Shown here piece by piece: positions 51,198-56,640 of a DNA stretch of 56,640 bases. The stretch is from assembly GCA_013822855.1 (NCBI GenBank), contig PNLE01000003.1, positions 1-56,640 of the forward strand, written 5' to 3'. The notes under the pieces are model-generated. The model had not been told where the DNA came from and did no database searches. It saw only the letters and a list, made by a program, of their open reading frames with translations. Origin of the DNA: Planctomyces sp. (GTDB taxonomy: Bacteria; Planctomycetota; Planctomycetia; Planctomycetales; Planctomycetaceae). A program made the position numbers and the translations under genes. Each line of letters starts with the position of its first letter. The stretch's first letter is position 1.

Positions 51198-51905
51198 ATG
51201 GCCAAGCTGTCGAAGCGTATGAAGCACCTGGGTGAGATCGCCTCCAAGGTGGGTGTGGTTGAGCTCCCGGAAGCTGTCTCGGCCCTGAAGGGTCTGGAGG
51301 CCAAGCTTCCCAAGGGTGTGAAACCCTGCAAGTTCGACCAGACTGTCACAGTCTCGGTTCGCCTGGGTGTGGATCCCCGCCAAGCCGATCAGATCGTCCG
51401 CGGCTCCATCGTCTTTCCGCACGGGATTGGCAAGTCGAAGCGAGTTTTGGTGTTTGCCCAAGGTGACAATGTTCGCATCGCCCAGGAGGCGGGTGCGGAG
51501 TTCGTCGGTGGCAAAGAGCTGGCCGACAAGATCAAGGAAGGCTGGGTCGATTTCGACGTTGCCATTGCCACCCCGGACATGATGGGTGTGGTCGGTCCGC
51601 TGGGTCGTGTCCTCGGTCCACGTGGTTTGATGCCTTCGCCGCGTGCAGGAACCGTGACTGCCGATGTCGCTTCCGCCGTCAAGGAATATCGGGCTGGTAA
51701 GGTGGAGTTCCGTGTCGACGACGGTGGCAATGTCCACTGCGTCGTCGGCAAGCTCAGTTTCGGCGAACAACAGCTCATTGAAAACGTGGAAGCTTTCCTC
51801 AAGTACATTCGGGCCTTGAAGCCATCGACCTCCAAGGGTCAGTACATCCGCAACGTCGTGCTGGTGGCCAGCATGACACCCGCGGTTTATATCACCGCAG
51901 CATAG
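51198..51905 (+). CDS. rplA: 50S ribosomal protein L1
   Basis: [13 protein letters not shown]...[25 protein letters not shown]... ORF track start 51135 is upstream of the conserved Met. Confidence 0.9.
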   Translation: MAKLSKRMKHLGEIASKVGVVELPEAVSALKGLEAKLPKGVKPCKFDQTVTVSVRLGVDPRQADQIVRGSIVFPHGIGKSKRVLVFAQGDNVRIAQEAGAEFVGGKELADKIKEGWVDFDVAIATPDMMGVVGPLGRVLGPRGLMPSPRAGTVTADVASAVKEYRAGKVEFRVDDGGNVHCVVGKLSFGEQQLIENVEAFLKYIRALKPSTSKGQYIRNVVLVASMTPAVYITAA

Positions 51906-52041
51906 TCATCGCTAAAAGTGCACATCGTGGCTTCGGCTATCACGCCAAATTGTTCCAGCCTTGTGCTGAATTATTCAAAACATATTGATTCCCGATCAGT
52001 GCCTCAGGGTGCTGGCTTCGCTTGAATCCGATTGAGAAATC
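51906..52041 (+). promoter_or_regulatory. rplJ 5' leader (position of the L10-L12 autoregulatory leader in many bacteria)
   Basis: Positional inference only; structure not verified. Confidence 0.3.
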
Positions 52042-52554
52042 ATGAGCAAACTTGTCAAGAAGATGATGATCGACGACATCCGCACTGCTGTGGGTGAGCA
52101 TCGCGATCTGCTGGTCGTTGACGCTTCGAAGGTCGATGCAGTTTCCGCCAACAAGTGGCGTCTGCTGATGCAGTCGAAGAAGATCTCGGTGCTGGGCGTT
52201 CGCAATTCGGTGGCTCGCGCTGCCTTGCGTGAGGCCGGTATTGACCTCGGGGACTCGCTCAAGGGTCCTTCGACGATCGTTTGGGGTGGTGAGGATATTG
52301 TGGCCTTGGCTCGCGACATTGTCGCGTCGCTCAAGGATTGCAAGAACCTCGCCGTCAAAGGCGGCACTTTGAGTGGCACGGTTCTCTCGGCCGACGATGT
52401 CGAGAAGCTGAGCAAGAGTCCCGGTCGCAAGGAAGTTTTGGGCCAGCTCATGGGCCTCATTCTTTCGCCAGGTGCCCAGTTGGCGGGTGCCCTCTTGGGT
52501 GCAGGTGGGATTGTGGCTGGCCAGGTTAAGAGCCTCGCGGACAAGACAGAATAG
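52042..52554 (+). CDS. rplJ: 50S ribosomal protein L10
   Basis: Typical L10 sequence and position. Confidence 0.9.
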   Translation: MSKLVKKMMIDDIRTAVGEHRDLLVVDASKVDAVSANKWRLLMQSKKISVLGVRNSVARAALREAGIDLGDSLKGPSTIVWGGEDIVALARDIVASLKDCKNLAVKGGTLSGTVLSADDVEKLSKSPGRKEVLGQLMGLILSPGAQLAGALLGAGGIVAGQVKSLADKTE

Positions 52555-52714
52555 TTGGTGTTTTGACAGTGCGATTTCAACTGCCAGCGGGCAGTGAATG
52601 ATAGGTTGTTTGGATTTGTTGTTCGTCGGGTTCGGTGGTTGGAAGCTTCTGCCGATCATGTGGCCCGACGGGCGAGTTTGAAAAGTAAGTGCGATCTACG
52701 AAAGGGTCGGGCAG

Positions 52715-53104
52715 ATGGCTGAGTTTGATACCGCGACAACTGAACTGGGCGACAAGATTGTGGCCCTCACCCTCCTCCAGGCGAAGTCCCTCGCCGACTA
52801 CCTCGAGCAAGTCCATGGCATCAAGCCAGCGGGCGGTGCTGTGGTGGCGATGGCCGCTGGGCCAGCAGCACCTGCTGCCGTGGTCGAAGAAAAGACGGAA
52901 TTCGACGTCATCCTCAACTCGTTTGGCGACAACAAGCTGAGCGTGATCAAGGTGGTGCGTACGGCGACCGGCCTCGGCCTCAAGGAAGCCAAGGATCTTG
53001 TCGAAAGCGCTCCCAAGGCGATCAAGACGGGTCTCGCCAAGGAAGATGCCGACAAGCTCAAGAAGGAGCTCGAAGGCTCCGGCGCCACTGCCGAAGTCAA
53101 GTAG
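52715..53104 (+). CDS. rplL: 50S ribosomal protein L7/L12
   Basis: Ala-rich hinge [15 protein letters not shown] and [48 protein letters not shown]. Confidence 0.95.
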   Translation: MAEFDTATTELGDKIVALTLLQAKSLADYLEQVHGIKPAGGAVVAMAAGPAAPAAVVEEKTEFDVILNSFGDNKLSVIKVVRTATGLGLKEAKDLVESAPKAIKTGLAKEDADKLKKELEGSGATAEVK

Positions 53105-53913
53105 TTTCTGTTCAGGGATGATCTGTCCGCCTTCTCGTCTTGCTGAGTTGCGTCCTTCTGGGCGTGCGGCGTTTTTCGTCGGCGGCACGGAAGCGGTCTC
53201 CCTGATAGCTATTTGATGTGGATTTACCTGCCAGTCTCCATTTGGAAGCTTTGGGTGTCCCGACAGTTTCGCCAAGATCGACCCTTTGGCTAAGCATCGA
53301 AGCCAGTGGTTTCCAGTCTGGCATTACACTTGACTTGCAGCGATGGCGACTTGCCATCGCTGCAAGTTTTGTTTGTTGAGTGGCTTGTTGCAGGGTGGTT
53401 ATCTTGAATTCCTGAGATGTCTTTGCCACTCGTCACGTCAACCCCAACCCGCCTTGACAGTTGCGATTCTGTGACCGCGTGTTATTCTGGCGGGGTGGTA
53501 CGCAGTGTCGGCGTGCCTTGTTTCTTTCTGTAGGCCGTCCATTCGTCAGATTGCTTCGGCCTAATCCATCGGTATCGAGAACTCTCTTTGATGATCGAGT
53601 TGCATCCATGTTCGATGGTACCGGGCGTCCACAAGTTGCCCTTTCTTGCTTTGTTCCCGACCCACCAGCTTCCACCAAGGTCGCCAGCGTTCGTCTCGCC
53701 TAACTCGCGAGTCGTCCGAGCCGGTCGTTTTTCAGCTGGTGATTTCGATATGGGGATTGGCCTGTCTGAGAGTTTCCCAGTCCATAGGGCTGCATGAACT
53801 TTCGACGAATCGTGTTGTCCAGCTGGTTCCCCGATGGATGACATGCTGAAGGCAAAACCCGCCCCAATTGCTCCACAGGCTCATCGCATTTCAGTAGATA
53901 CAGGAAGCCTCGC

Positions 53914-56640
<2,727 letters not shown>

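Noticed and set aside
51126-51770. 214-aa minus-strand ORF
   Set aside because: Antisense to rplA.

Overview
High-GC bacterial chromosomal segment. The gene content (Hanks-type Ser/Thr kinase fused to a DUF1080-like domain, Tat-signal purple acid phosphatase, OMP ending in F, extreme Gly-rich secreted protein) suggests a Planctomycetota-like organism; that assignment is inference. Left third (1-18.3 kb): redoxin, STK, phosphatase, UbiB kinase, then a minus-strand run of App1-like phosphatase, an M50-protease/HlyD fusion, an unknown 169-aa protein and an SNF2 helicase, followed by an SDR-SCP2 reductase and a PQQ-type sugar dehydrogenase. Middle (18.5-24.9 kb): the nitrogen-PTS module hpf-ptsN-npr-ptsI, RNase E/G and rplU. 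From about 26.2 to 31 kb lies a block with intergenic regions that look more AT-rich to the eye. It contains a Cys-rich micro-ORF with a perfect SD plus hairpin, an unknown 268-aa protein, tRNA-His, tRNA-Cys, a degenerate tRNA-like remnant, a TM-less SPFH protein with a triplicated N-terminal motif, a bidirectional terminator and tRNA-Gln. Then come a glycine-rich GGF/FG-repeat secreted protein, a SnoaL-like protein, an EamA transporter, sugar-phosphate isomerase, a voltage-sensor-like membrane protein with a C-terminal coiled coil, a porin-like OMP, nfo, a GNAT and rpoD. The right end is the conserved core cluster tRNA-Thr/Tyr/Gly/Thr-tuf, rpmG-tRNA-Trp-secE-nusG-rplK-rplA-rplJ-rplL and 5'-partial rpoB, which runs off the window. 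The ORF track appears to allow non-ATG starts, so several starts were re-placed by reading the sequence. One coordinate near 4260 could not be reconciled by hand and the frame-consistent value is used. The strongest candidates for something new are (i) the tRNA-bracketed block with the Cys-rich peptide, unknown 268-aa protein and SPFH protein, (ii) the App1 / M50-HlyD / unknown / SNF2 co-directional run, and (iii) the Gly-rich FG-repeat protein. All three are sequence-based inferences that need database and experimental confirmation.
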